Positions 16,898 to 26,893 of a stretch of 64,000 nucleotides of DNA are shown here, one piece after another. The notes under the pieces were generated by a model. That model was not told where the DNA came from. It saw only the letters and a program-made list of their open reading frames with translations, and searched no databases. The position numbers and the translations under genes were made by a program. The DNA is from Syntrophales bacterium (GTDB taxonomy: Bacteria > Desulfobacterota > Syntrophia > Syntrophales > UBA2210). Position 1 is the first letter of the stretch, and the number at the start of each line of letters is the position of its first letter. Where the stretch lies: the NCBI GenBank assembly GCA_963666365.2, contig CAXXNF010000002.1:1216001-1280000 (forward strand), written 5' to 3'.

Positions 16898-18823
16898 TCA
16901 ATTTAACGCTGCCGTTACCGTAAAGCGCAGCATGTCTCTTGCGCCTCTTTTCTCGGGCTTCTTTGTCTTGATGGAAGCCTTGTCGAAAAGGGGCGATGAC
17001 TGTAGTTTCACTATATAGGCGGCAAGGGTCGAATCCAATGTTTCTGATGCGCCTGACACCAGGCCCTCCATAACAAGCCCCTTCGCACCCTTGTCATCCT
17101 TTCCCCCGGCCTCTCCCCAATCAGCCTTGACACTGACAAGCCTGACCGGCTCGGGAGTAATCCTGGCGATCTCTCCGAAGGCAACAACTCCCACATACCG
17201 CTTTTTGATCTCCTGCATCGCCTCCTGCTCTTTTTTGACCTCCGAAATCATTCTGAGGATCATCGCTTCGTCCACCTGGACGTTCTGAGAGAGCTTTTTT
17301 TCCAGAGCGAAAGCCGATCGCTGTTTTTCATGGACGATGCCGTCGAGGTAAAGGTAATAGCCGAACACCGCCATCATGATCACAAGAAAACCGGCCATGA
17401 TGGACTTGTTCGCCCAATCCAGACGTTTTCTTTTCTCCTTGTCCTCGCTCGTATAAATAAGATTTAATGTCCGCGACATATCGGACAGCGCCACACCGAG
17501 CACAGGAACAAAAGCCGATCGTTCCGATATGTTGCTCGCCGACGTTACTCCACCCACGAACTGATGCGCTGGATCAAGCGGATCGAGCACATCACTGGCA
17601 ATGGCAAGCTGCCCGCCTATGTAATCCACGATGGGCAGATACACATCCATGGCCGTCGACACATAGACGGCGTTGACGCTCTCCCTGCCCATCGTTACCG
17701 AATAATGTTCAAAGGTGCGCTCCACCTGACGCACCAGCCGTTCCAGGGCCGGGTCTATCATATCGAAGACCCCGACTTTGTCCAGCCCGAATCGATCGTA
17801 AAGATCTTCCGCCGGCGGCGCATCCGGGCTGAGGGCGGCGATAAGCTCCCGTGCCTGATCGAGATCCATGGGCGTCTCATCATCGCGGGGCACGGCAACG
17901 ATTTCATTCTCCCTGTCTCCCGTCGGCACATCGAATATTGTCGACGGATTCTCGCCGAATGGGGGCATTTCTATGGTGGGCCTCTGGTTCGACCGCTGCC
18001 GACGCTTTTCTTCGTACTCATCCACCAGCGACTCCACCATGCTGTTGATCCCCGCCTTGATCCCCCGTGTCATCACAAGATTGCCCTTAGAAAAGATATC
18101 GATGCGCGACCAGCTTCTTCCGATATAAAGGGCCGCCACGGTTTTCTCAAAGGCCGGAATCCAGTTCGTACGGAAGAGGTTCTGCAGGGCAAGCGGTGCG
18201 ATCGTCAACCCGTCGAGCGGAAACCCTATCTTTTCAAAAAGCGCGCGCGTATCCTCGACTTCTTTTTTCGGCGTCGTGTAAAAGAGCACTCCGTACTTTT
18301 CTATCCCTTTTTCTATAACTTCGCCCTGCACCTCAAAATCGAAAACAACCTCTTCTTCATTAAAGGCACTTTCCTGCTTTGCCGTCCAGAGCACTACATT
18401 TCTCAGTTCCTTTCTTGCCACCTTTGGAACGCTTATGTTTTGCACCTCAACATTGGCCGCCGACATGAGGGCCCAGAGAGTGATACCCTTTGTCGAACCG
18501 CAGTAGTGTGACAGCTCCGCCTTAAGAAAATCTGCAAACTGCTGTGTGCCCCGTTCGATTCCCTTTTCCAGGGGAATGCGCGTGTAATCCAAAAGCATCC
18601 ACCCTTTGCCAGCCGTTTCGACAATCTTGACAAGGCGAAGCTGGGTGTAGCCGATGTCTATCCCGACAGATACTCCCTTCTGCCTGCCGACGCCGCGCTT
18701 TTTCCTTTCTTTCCTTTTCGACGCCTTTTGGGGAGTTTTTATACCGGGAAACTCATCCTCCTTGCCCCCCCGTATTACGTCGAGCAGTTTCTCCGTGGAG
18801 GTAATTTCCTTTTCCGTAGCCAC
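16898..18823 (-). CDS. pilM: PilM-PilN fusion protein
   Basis: VGIDIG actin-like PilM start; NLI motif, TM, coiled coil and LVMEG...LQSSPLF PilN-like tail in one 641-aa ORF. Confidence 0.8.
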   Translation of the reverse strand: MATEKEITSTEKLLDVIRGGKEDEFPGIKTPQKASKRKERKKRGVGRQKGVSVGIDIGYTQLRLVKIVETAGKGWMLLDYTRIPLEKGIERGTQQFADFLKAELSHYCGSTKGITLWALMSAANVEVQNISVPKVARKELRNVVLWTAKQESAFNEEEVVFDFEVQGEVIEKGIEKYGVLFYTTPKKEVEDTRALFEKIGFPLDGLTIAPLALQNLFRTNWIPAFEKTVAALYIGRSWSRIDIFSKGNLVMTRGIKAGINSMVESLVDEYEEKRRQRSNQRPTIEMPPFGENPSTIFDVPTGDRENEIVAVPRDDETPMDLDQARELIAALSPDAPPAEDLYDRFGLDKVGVFDMIDPALERLVRQVERTFEHYSVTMGRESVNAVYVSTAMDVYLPIVDYIGGQLAIASDVLDPLDPAHQFVGGVTSASNISERSAFVPVLGVALSDMSRTLNLIYTSEDKEKRKRLDWANKSIMAGFLVIMMAVFGYYLYLDGIVHEKQRSAFALEKKLSQNVQVDEAMILRMISEVKKEQEAMQEIKKRYVGVVAFGEIARITPEPVRLVSVKADWGEAGGKDDKGAKGLVMEGLVSGASETLDSTLAAYIVKLQSSPLFDKASIKTKKPEKRGARDMLRFTVTAALN

Positions 18824-18946
18824 GTGTTACCTCATTCGCCACATATAACGCCATACTATGATCATTCAAAGAACGGGGGCTGTGTTCCCCGCCTCATTCC
18901 CATCACTTTCCGATTCATATCTGTAAGCACTACAGCGTGCGCACAG

Positions 18947-19180
18947 TTATCTGCCACTCGAATTCACCGAAGAGGAGTTTGAATACTCTTGAAGTTCCGC
19001 TCGCGCCTTTTTGAGATACTCGTCGGGAAAATGTTTTATGGTCCGAAGACCATAGTTGATCACAGGAGGCGTTGATATGATTCCCTTACGTATGTAATCC
19101 CGCACCGTTTTCGACGAGACACCCAGTATCCGTGCTGCGTCTATGGTGGTATTGTAGGATTTCCCATTAATGATGATCAT
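18947..19180 (-). CDS. Small MerR/excisionase-like HTH protein
   Basis: TTIDAARILGVSSKTVRDYIRKGII; GAGGAG RBS. Confidence 0.8.
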   Translation of the reverse strand: MIIINGKSYNTTIDAARILGVSSKTVRDYIRKGIISTPPVINYGLRTIKHFPDEYLKKARAELQEYSNSSSVNSSGR

Positions 19181-19677
19181 AAGCTCTCCTCTTGTTCACA
19201 ATGTTCGTAGGGTACCTATCTACCGCATGGTTCGCACCAATGTCAAGGGTTTTTTTGAACACATGATAGTTCGCGCAGAGCATGGTGGCGCACAGGGAAT
19301 TTCATGACGGGAATGTTTCTGCAGTGAAGCACCCTCTCTGTCTATAAGTATCTGTTGTCAGGTCTTGTAATGCCAGCCCTTATGTGGTAGCGTTATCCTT
19401 AAGCATTTCTGTTGCAGGTTCTCTTTTTTGCTGCCAAGTGCGGATGTTTAGTTATGTGACCCATGCTGTTCTATCTCTTTACCCCGGCAATTAAACATAT
19501 CCTTTGACTCAGTGGTTCACATTTAATTCAATTATATCAGATAACTATGTATCCATGGATATGCATGTGAGCGTGTGCGTTAAACTTATAACAGAGCATA
19601 GCAGATAAACTTTTCTTCGTATTGCGGCGGAGAAATTCAACCATCCCGAAAGGGATATCAGGAAGGAGTCAATAAAC

Positions 19678-20028
19678 ATGAAAAAAGAAATGATGAAACC
19701 GTTTACTTGGGGTGTGGCAGTTGGAGCGATCGTGTTGCTGATAGTTGTTTTCGCCACCGGCTTTGCGGTAACAAAAAGTTCGGCCAATGAACAGGCCGAA
19801 AATATGGTGTCAGAAGCCGTCACAGACAAGCTTGCAACGATATGTGTGGCACAGTTTCAACAGGATCCCGAAAAAGACCAAATGCTTAAGGAATTGCAAG
19901 CGGTCGACAACTGGAAAAGAGATGAATATATTCAGGAACAAGACTTTGCTAAAATAGCGGGTATTAAGGAACTTAGTTCTCGCGTGTACAATGAGTGTGC
20001 AGAGCGCATTCTCGAGGCAAGCAAGTAG
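19678..20028 (+). CDS. Hypothetical membrane-anchored protein
   Basis: AAGGAG RBS, N-terminal TM, two Cys. Confidence 0.7.
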   Translation: MKKEMMKPFTWGVAVGAIVLLIVVFATGFAVTKSSANEQAENMVSEAVTDKLATICVAQFQQDPEKDQMLKELQAVDNWKRDEYIQEQDFAKIAGIKELSSRVYNECAERILEASK

Positions 20029-20044
20029 CGAGTAAGGAGTAAGG

Positions 20045-20172
20045 AGGGACACTTCCCTATTTTACGAAGTCATCCTGTTTTGACGGATACGTCATTGGTT
20101 TTATATATGAACACCTCAATTGAGCGATATGGCACGAACATTGAGAAAACCAGAAAATAGGGAAGTGTCCCT
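20045..20172. repeat. Inverted-repeat doublet AGGGACACTTCCCTATTTT / AAAATAGGGAAGTGTCCCT
   Basis: Perfect 19-bp arms at 20045-20063 and 20154-20172. Confidence 0.9.
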
Positions 20173-21907
20173 CTCCGCAAAGGATGTTGCGGATATTCTC
20201 GACGAAATCGGCGTGATGCTTGAGATCTCCGGCGAGAATCTTTTCAAGTCACGGGCCTACTACTCGGCAGCCCGCGCACTCACCTCTCTCGATGAAGGCC
20301 TTGACACCCTGATAGAGGAGCACCGCCTTTCATCCGTCCCGGGCATCGGCACTGCCCTCACCCAAAAAATTACCGAACTGGTCACTACCGGAAAGCTGGC
20401 CTATTACGACAGATTAAAGGAGTCGATACCCCGGGGCCTTATTGAAATGCTGAAAATTCCGGGGCTGGGGCCGAAAAAAATCAATATGCTTCATAAGGCC
20501 TTGTCCATTGAAACGATCGGAGAGCTGGAATACGCCTGCAAGGAACACCGCCTTCAGGATCTGAAAGGATTCGGCAGTAAAACACAGGAAAAAGTTCTCC
20601 AGGGCATCGCACAAATCAGGCACTACCATGAACGCCGCCTCTACGCCGAGGTCATCGGAGAGGCGGAAACCATTCTTTCAAAGGTGCGCAGTCATCAAGA
20701 CGTGATTGCCGCCGAAATCGCCGGTTCTCTGCGACGGTGCATGGAAACGGCAAAGGATATCGATATCCTAGCGGCCACGGAGCACCCGCACGAACTGTCT
20801 CTGTTTCTCGCCTCCCTTCACGGCATTGATCATATAATTGCCCAGGGCGACACAAAGGTCAGCGTTGCCATGGACTCCGGAATCAATGTGGATTTCAGGC
20901 TCGTCACACCCGTTGAATTCCCTTACGCCTTGCACCATTTTACGGGCAGCAAGGAACACAACATCGCCATGCGGGGCAGAGCGAAAACGAAAAATTTAAA
21001 GATGAACGAATACGGGCTGTTCAGTGGAGAGACGCTCCTGCCCTGCCACAGCGAGGAAGACATATTTGAGGCCCTGGGACTTTCGTACATCCCCCCGGAA
21101 CTCCGTGAGGACAGAGGAGAAATCGAGGCCGCCGAGATGGGCACACTGCTCGGCCTGGTCGATGTATCGGATATTCGCGGGCTCCTTCACCTGCACACGC
21201 AGGCAAGCGACGGCGCCGATTCCATTGAAGCGCTGATTCATGCGGCCCGGGACATGGGAATTGACTACATCGGCATCAGTGACCACAGTAAATCGGCCGC
21301 CTACGCCGGAGGCCTGAGCGAAGATGCGATCAGAGCGCAGCATGATGAGATAGATTTTCTGAACGAGCGCTACGGCAAGCCCTACGTATTAAAAGGGATA
21401 GAATCCGATATTCTTCCCGATGGAAGCCTGGACTACGACGACGTCACTCTTGAAACCTTCGACTTCGTGATTGCCGCCGTCCACTCCCATTTCCGCATGT
21501 CCGAAGAAGAGATGACCCTTCGCATCATCCACGCCATGGATAATCCGGCAACGACTATCCTCGCCCACCCCACAGGCCGTCTGCTCCTGGCTCGGGAACC
21601 GTACCGCCTTTCCATGGAGCAGATACTTTCCCATGCCGCCGAAAGGGGAACAATCATCGAACTCAACGCCAATCCGCACCGGCTTGATCTGGACTGGCGA
21701 TGGTGCCGGCATGCAAAGGATCTGGGCGTGAAAATCGCCATCAATCCCGATGCCCATACCGTCAAAGGCCTCGGCCATATCCGCTTCGGCGTCAATATCG
21801 CGCGCAAGGGATGGCTCAGCCCCTCCGACTGCATCAACTGCCTGGGACTGGCGGAAATAAAGAAGGTGTTAAAAAACAGGGACACTTCCCTATTTAAAAC
21901 GCGTTAG
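20129..21907 (+). CDS. polX: DNA polymerase X with PHP domain
   Basis: GSLRR...KDIDIL, VDFR and HFTGSKEHN; PHP motifs HLHT, SDH and NPDAH; start uncertain (20120, 20129 or 20165). Confidence 0.95.
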   Translation: MARTLRKPENREVSLSAKDVADILDEIGVMLEISGENLFKSRAYYSAARALTSLDEGLDTLIEEHRLSSVPGIGTALTQKITELVTTGKLAYYDRLKESIPRGLIEMLKIPGLGPKKINMLHKALSIETIGELEYACKEHRLQDLKGFGSKTQEKVLQGIAQIRHYHERRLYAEVIGEAETILSKVRSHQDVIAAEIAGSLRRCMETAKDIDILAATEHPHELSLFLASLHGIDHIIAQGDTKVSVAMDSGINVDFRLVTPVEFPYALHHFTGSKEHNIAMRGRAKTKNLKMNEYGLFSGETLLPCHSEEDIFEALGLSYIPPELREDRGEIEAAEMGTLLGLVDVSDIRGLLHLHTQASDGADSIEALIHAARDMGIDYIGISDHSKSAAYAGGLSEDAIRAQHDEIDFLNERYGKPYVLKGIESDILPDGSLDYDDVTLETFDFVIAAVHSHFRMSEEEMTLRIIHAMDNPATTILAHPTGRLLLAREPYRLSMEQILSHAAERGTIIELNANPHRLDLDWRWCRHAKDLGVKIAINPDAHTVKGLGHIRFGVNIARKGWLSPSDCINCLGLAEIKKVLKNRDTSLFKTR

Positions 21908-21991
21908 AGCGTTTGGAGTGTTTGAAGCGTTTAGACAACAGCGATCTAAACGTTACTAACGATCTTAACAATTAAATAGGGAAGTGTCCCT
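21878..21991. repeat. Second inverted-repeat doublet of the same family, with 9-mer repeats in the spacer
   Basis: Perfect 20-bp arms at 21878-21897 and 21972-21991. Confidence 0.9.
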
Positions 21992-22145
21992 ATTTCCTAT
22001 TGACAGAACCCCCCCGAACATACTAGCTATTACGCCTGAAGGGGTGGTCGGAGGTATCGGTGGAGTTCCGCACAAAGGGCGCATTCACTGTATCCCCGCA
22101 AATCGACAGCGCAGTATCAAAACCAAAACACGAAAGGAAAAAATC

Positions 22146-23003
22146 ATGGAAATCAAGAAAATCTGTATTCTCGGCGCAGGTCAGATGGGAAGCGGCATTG
22201 CCCAGATATGCGCCCAGGCCGGGTATGAAGTGACAATGAGGGATATCGAACAGCGTTTCATTGACGGCGGCATCAACAACATAAAGAAAAACCTGGCGCG
22301 AAGTCTTGAAAAAGGCAAGATCACCCAGGAAGAAGCCGACGCAACCCTGTCACGCATCAGAGGCGTTCTCGACATGAAAGAAGCCGCCGGCGATGCCGAC
22401 GTGGTGGTGGAAGTGGTTCTCGAAATTCTGGAACTGAAGAAAAAAATATTCAGCGAACTCGAGGAAATCGTACCCGCCCACTGTCTCTTTTTCACCAATA
22501 CCTCGGGCCTCAGCATTACGGAAATGGCGGCGATGACCAAACGGCCGGAACGATTTATCGGCACGCACTTCTTCAGCCCCGTTCCAGTCATGCGTCTTCT
22601 TGAAATCATAAAGGGCTTCGAAACATCGGAAGAAACCCTCGAAATCGCAAAGGCATGGGGCAAAAAAATCGGTAAGGAAATAATAATTGTCAACGAGGCG
22701 CCCGCATTCGCCGTGAATCGGCTCCTTTGCACCATGCTCAACGAGGCATTTTATGCGCTTGCGGAAGGCGTGGCTACCGCGGAAGATCTCGATAAAGGAA
22801 TGGTGCTGGGCTGCAACCACCCGATCGGCCCGCTTGCCCTTTCCGACGCGGTAGGTCTCGATACCCTGCTCCATATCATGGAGGGCCTTCAGAAAGAGCT
22901 TGGCGATAAATACAAACCGGCACCTCTTTTACGGCAGCTTGTGCGTGCGGGACGTTACGGGAAGAAATCCGGCAAGGGCGTCTACGATTACGGCAAAAAA
23001 TAG
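22146..23003 (+). CDS. hbd: 3-hydroxybutyryl-CoA dehydrogenase
   Basis: [27 protein letters not shown] and HPIGPL motifs; AAAGGA RBS before ATG 22146. Confidence 0.95.
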   Translation: MEIKKICILGAGQMGSGIAQICAQAGYEVTMRDIEQRFIDGGINNIKKNLARSLEKGKITQEEADATLSRIRGVLDMKEAAGDADVVVEVVLEILELKKKIFSELEEIVPAHCLFFTNTSGLSITEMAAMTKRPERFIGTHFFSPVPVMRLLEIIKGFETSEETLEIAKAWGKKIGKEIIIVNEAPAFAVNRLLCTMLNEAFYALAEGVATAEDLDKGMVLGCNHPIGPLALSDAVGLDTLLHIMEGLQKELGDKYKPAPLLRQLVRAGRYGKKSGKGVYDYGKK

Positions 23004-23114
23004 TGGCGGCGGCGTAAAGACCTCATATGCGGGATCTTTTAATTGACAAAAGCCGCACATACCACCTATATGTAGCAACTGTCCTTCATTGAAATTGAGA
23101 GGAGAAAAAGCACC

Positions 23115-24254
23115 ATGGATTATGAATTGTCAGATGAAATGAAGATGTTGCAGGATATGGCGTACAAGTTTGCCCAGGCTGAAATAGCCCCTGTATCCCA
23201 TGAACATGATCACGAGGAAAAATATACGCCGGAAATAAGGAAAAAAGCAGCGGAAAACGGACTCGTCGGCGCCTGGATACCGGAGGAATACGGCGGCGCC
23301 GGCGTGGGCATACTGGGGAATACCCTCATCGTGGAGCAGATATCGCGCGTCGACATCGGCATAGGCCTGAATATCTACGCGGCATGCTTCGGCCTTGAAG
23401 CGGTCAACGAGTTTGGAAGCGAGGCGCAAAAGAAGACCTACATGCCACCGGTCTGTCAGGGTGAGCATGTCTGGGCCGGCGCCTATACGGAGCCGAACGC
23501 GGGCACCGACGTGGCAGGCTACAAAACGAGGGCCGTCAAGGATGGAAGCGATTACATCATCAACGGCCAGAAGATGTTCATCACCAATGGAACGGTATGC
23601 GATTACATGCTCTGCCAGTGCATCACCAACCCGGAAGAAAAGCGGCACCGTCAATTCAGCCAGATCATCGTGCCGTCAAACGCGCCCGGGGTCACGCGAA
23701 ACAAGATAAAGGGCAAGATGGGTATCCGGGCAAACGATACCGCCGACATATCCCTGGAGGACGTCCGCGTGCCCCAGGAAAATCTGGTTGGCCAGGAAGG
23801 CAGGGGCTTTTACCAGCTCATGACTTTCTTCGACATCACCAGAATCATGGTGGCCGGACAGGCCCTCGGTCTTTCCCAGGGGTGTCTTGATGAAGCGGTT
23901 AAATACGCCAAGGAACGAACCGCCTTCGGGCAGCCCATCGGGAACTTTCAGATTTCCATGCAGAAACTGACGGAAATGGCCATCAGAATCGAGGCGCTGC
24001 GAAATCTGATATACAAGGCGGCCTGGACCGTAGACGAGGGAAAGCCGGACTACACACTGGCGGCAATGGCAAAATATTATGGAGGACAGACGGCGGTATT
24101 CTGTGCCAATGCGGCGGTTGAAATCCACGGCGGCTACGGGTATATCGACGAGTACAAGGTCCAGAAATGGTATCGCGACGCAAAAATTTTAGAGCTCTAT
24201 GAAGGAACCAAGGAAGCCGAAGTCATGACCATCGGCAAGGTTCTTCAATCCTGA
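23115..24254 (+). CDS. Acyl-CoA dehydrogenase
   Basis: TEPNAGTD, NGQKMFITNG, IHGGYGY and LYEGTKE motifs. Confidence 0.95.
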   Translation: MDYELSDEMKMLQDMAYKFAQAEIAPVSHEHDHEEKYTPEIRKKAAENGLVGAWIPEEYGGAGVGILGNTLIVEQISRVDIGIGLNIYAACFGLEAVNEFGSEAQKKTYMPPVCQGEHVWAGAYTEPNAGTDVAGYKTRAVKDGSDYIINGQKMFITNGTVCDYMLCQCITNPEEKRHRQFSQIIVPSNAPGVTRNKIKGKMGIRANDTADISLEDVRVPQENLVGQEGRGFYQLMTFFDITRIMVAGQALGLSQGCLDEAVKYAKERTAFGQPIGNFQISMQKLTEMAIRIEALRNLIYKAAWTVDEGKPDYTLAAMAKYYGGQTAVFCANAAVEIHGGYGYIDEYKVQKWYRDAKILELYEGTKEAEVMTIGKVLQS

Positions 24255-24270
24255 GGTGTAAGGACATAGG

Positions 24271-24299
24271 ATGTCGCGGCTCCTCCCGGGCCGCGACAT
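24271..24299 (+). terminator. Hairpin after the acyl-CoA dehydrogenase gene
   Basis: 10-bp stem ATGTCGCGGC / GCCGCGACAT; weak U-tract. Confidence 0.55.
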
Positions 24300-24395
24300 G
24301 ATTTGCAAGGGGGCGCCCCGCTGAGAGGCATCATTGCAGACCGACCTCCCGAGAGGCGGATAAATAGTTACTTTAACATCCGGAGAGGAAACATT

Positions 24396-24680
24396 ATGGC
24401 CCTGACAAAAGCGGATATCGTGAGAACTCTTCACGCCGATTCCAATTTCTCAAAAGAGCGGTGTACCGAGTTGGTTGAAAGTGTATTTGATCTGGTTAAG
24501 GAAGAACTTGTCTCTGGAAGCCCGGTAATGATTTCCGGTTTTGGTAAGTGGTCGATTCGAGACAAAAACCCTCGCCGTGGGCGTGACCCGCAGACGGGCA
24601 TGGAACTTATGCTGAACTCTCGCAGGGTCGTCACGTTTAAATGCGCCCGCAAATTAAAGGAAAGCATCAATGCCGATTAG
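24396..24680 (+). CDS. ihfA: Integration host factor alpha-like subunit
   Basis: MALTKADIV, ISGFGKW, RRGRDPQTG and RRVVTFK motifs. Confidence 0.9.
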   Translation: MALTKADIVRTLHADSNFSKERCTELVESVFDLVKEELVSGSPVMISGFGKWSIRDKNPRRGRDPQTGMELMLNSRRVVTFKCARKLKESINAD

Positions 24681-24781
24681 ATGCAACTCCCCCCTGCATG
24701 GAGCAGGGCAGCACACTGAATAATTCCCGCTATTAACTTTACTGAGGGTTCACCCATCTATGGGCAAGGGGGGCGGCAGCT

Positions 24782-26878
24782 TTGGGTGTGAACAAAGAAG
24801 CGCTGTTGCGTGACGCATCAGGCATTGCAGAGGCGGACCGTGGAATAGCGCACCGGATTCCTGATTGGCTGTTTCATCACCAGTGCCTGATGGAGAGCAT
24901 CGATACTTCGCACAGGGTGGCACAGAGCAAAGTAATCAACTCTCTCAACCATGCACACTTCACAGGCGCGCCGGCCTATGTCTATTTGAAACATCGCCTT
25001 TATGGAGACGGCATAATCGTGGCCACACGTCCTGATCCCTGTGCCGGTGAAAGAGTGACCTGCCGCTGGGTTGATCGGGAAGCGTCTTCTCTTTCACTTG
25101 ATCAGTATACCTTCGAACATCTTGTGATCATCGGCGAAGGGGCGCCCGTTATTATTCCCGGGGAAGTGGAAGCATTGAACGGCACAAGTCTTACCCTGAA
25201 ACTGCCAGACATAAGTTATACCATCGAACACCGCCGGACAATGCGCCATGCCTGCGGCGGCATCAAGGCCCATATCCTGCAGAGGGGGTTTTCCGCGTCG
25301 GGCGCACTGGTTGATTTCAGTGCGGCAAGCTTTCGGGTCCGCCTCGAAATGGAAGGAATGCTCCCCATCGCCTGGTTCAACAGGGATGCGCCCGCCACCG
25401 TAAGTCTGATAAAGGGAGATCGCATGCTCTTTTCCGGACCCTGCACCTGCACCAGGCAGTCAACGGACAGCATGGATCCGGAACTTGTCTTCAGTCCCGC
25501 CGAGCAGTCAATCACCCGTTTTGGGAACAAGACAATACGCAACCCGCGCCGGGAGATTGAACCGAAAGTACAGGCCGTGTTTGTACATCCCTTTTTCAAG
25601 AAGCAGTACACCCTGGGAATAGGCGATCTTTCCAATTCCGGATTTTCTGTTTTGGAGCGTGCCGCTGATTCGGTTCTCGCTGTCGGACTTATTATTCCTC
25701 GACTGTCACTCAATTTTAGCGGCGCCTTTACGATACACTGCATGGCGCAGGTCATCTACCGCCGGGAGATCGAAGAGGGGAAAATTCGATGCGGCCTTGC
25801 CATACTGGACATGGACCTGCACGACTTCAGCACGCTGAATCAGATTCTCAATTATTCCCAGGATTCAGGATCATTCGTCTCAAACACCGTCGATATGGAT
25901 GCCCTCTGGGAGTTTTTTTTCGACACCGGGTTCATTTACCCACAGAAGTACCGGCATATCTTCTCAAATATCGCCGATTTCAAAGAGATATACCGGAAGC
26001 TTTATCAGGAACACCCCGAAATCGCGAGACATTTTACCTATGAAAAAGAGGGAAAAATTCATGCCCACCTTTCCATGGTGCGTGCCTTCGAACGCACCTG
26101 GCTTATGCAGCACCATGCGGCCCGCCACAGCGAAAGCCGACTCGCAGGGTTTCAGGTGTTGAAGCAGACCGTACTGTTCCTGACTGGCCTGAGCCGTCTT
26201 CCTTCAGGATATATGGACTATGTCATGTGTTATTACCGCCCGGAAAACAGATTTCCCGACCGCCTTTTCGGCGGCTTCGCCCGGGAGGCGGAATCGCCGC
26301 GTGTGTCGTCGCTGGATCTCTTCGCCTATTTTTCTATCCCTGAAGACATCGCCGCCCCTGAACTGCCCGCGGACTGCAAGCTGCACGAAATCACCCCCCT
26401 GGAGATCTGGGAATTCGAACGGTTTTACAACCACCATTCGGGTGGTTTGCTGATCGAGGTGCTCGATCTCGGCTGCAGAAGCCGCAAGAACGGCGAATCC
26501 CTTGAAGACACATCCCGTCGCTTCGGCTTCGAGAGAACCTGGACGACCTATGCACTCCTCCGCCGCGGAGCGCTTACGGCGGTATTTGTGGTAAACCGTT
26601 CGAGTTTCGGCGTCAACCTCTCTCATCTCCTGAACAGCCTTACGGTATTTGTAATGAATGAGGAATTGCCCGGCGACATCATTCACAGTGCTGCCCACAC
26701 CCTTTCCAGAGCATTAAACCTTGACAACGCGCCCCTGCTTGTATATCCATCGGATTATGTGATTCATCACGATATTCCCTGTGAGAAATGCTATCAACTC
26801 TGGATTCTGGATATGAAACGTCATGCATACGATTTCATGAAATATACCCAGGACAGATTTCGTATGAGGTATCGCTGA
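24782..26878 (+). CDS. Large protein with two PilZ-like domains and a GNAT-like C-terminal half
   Basis: RRTMRH...DFSAASF and RNPRR...DLSNSGF PilZ signatures; C-terminal pattern resembles an acyltransferase fold; start uncertain. Confidence 0.7.
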   Translation: MGVNKEALLRDASGIAEADRGIAHRIPDWLFHHQCLMESIDTSHRVAQSKVINSLNHAHFTGAPAYVYLKHRLYGDGIIVATRPDPCAGERVTCRWVDREASSLSLDQYTFEHLVIIGEGAPVIIPGEVEALNGTSLTLKLPDISYTIEHRRTMRHACGGIKAHILQRGFSASGALVDFSAASFRVRLEMEGMLPIAWFNRDAPATVSLIKGDRMLFSGPCTCTRQSTDSMDPELVFSPAEQSITRFGNKTIRNPRREIEPKVQAVFVHPFFKKQYTLGIGDLSNSGFSVLERAADSVLAVGLIIPRLSLNFSGAFTIHCMAQVIYRREIEEGKIRCGLAILDMDLHDFSTLNQILNYSQDSGSFVSNTVDMDALWEFFFDTGFIYPQKYRHIFSNIADFKEIYRKLYQEHPEIARHFTYEKEGKIHAHLSMVRAFERTWLMQHHAARHSESRLAGFQVLKQTVLFLTGLSRLPSGYMDYVMCYYRPENRFPDRLFGGFAREAESPRVSSLDLFAYFSIPEDIAAPELPADCKLHEITPLEIWEFERFYNHHSGGLLIEVLDLGCRSRKNGESLEDTSRRFGFERTWTTYALLRRGALTAVFVVNRSSFGVNLSHLLNSLTVFVMNEELPGDIIHSAAHTLSRALNLDNAPLLVYPSDYVIHHDIPCEKCYQLWILDMKRHAYDFMKYTQDRFRMRYR

Positions 26879-26893
26879 CAACGTGCACACATC

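Noticed and set aside
17564..18511. Long alternative-frame ORFs such as 17564-18511, 28052-28738 and 48262-49044
   Set aside because: They lie antisense to well-supported genes, as expected in GC-rich coding DNA, and show no motifs.
19200..19677. Long intergenic region as an ncRNA or tRNA locus
   Set aside because: No cloverleaf, T-loop or recognisable riboswitch motif; it probably holds divergent promoters. An Rfam scan would settle it.
24303..24365. TPP riboswitch-like GGGG...GCTGAGAG...GACC before ihfA
   Set aside because: The 3' half (CCTGAT...TAATGC...GCGTAGGGA) is missing and the downstream gene is unrelated to thiamine.
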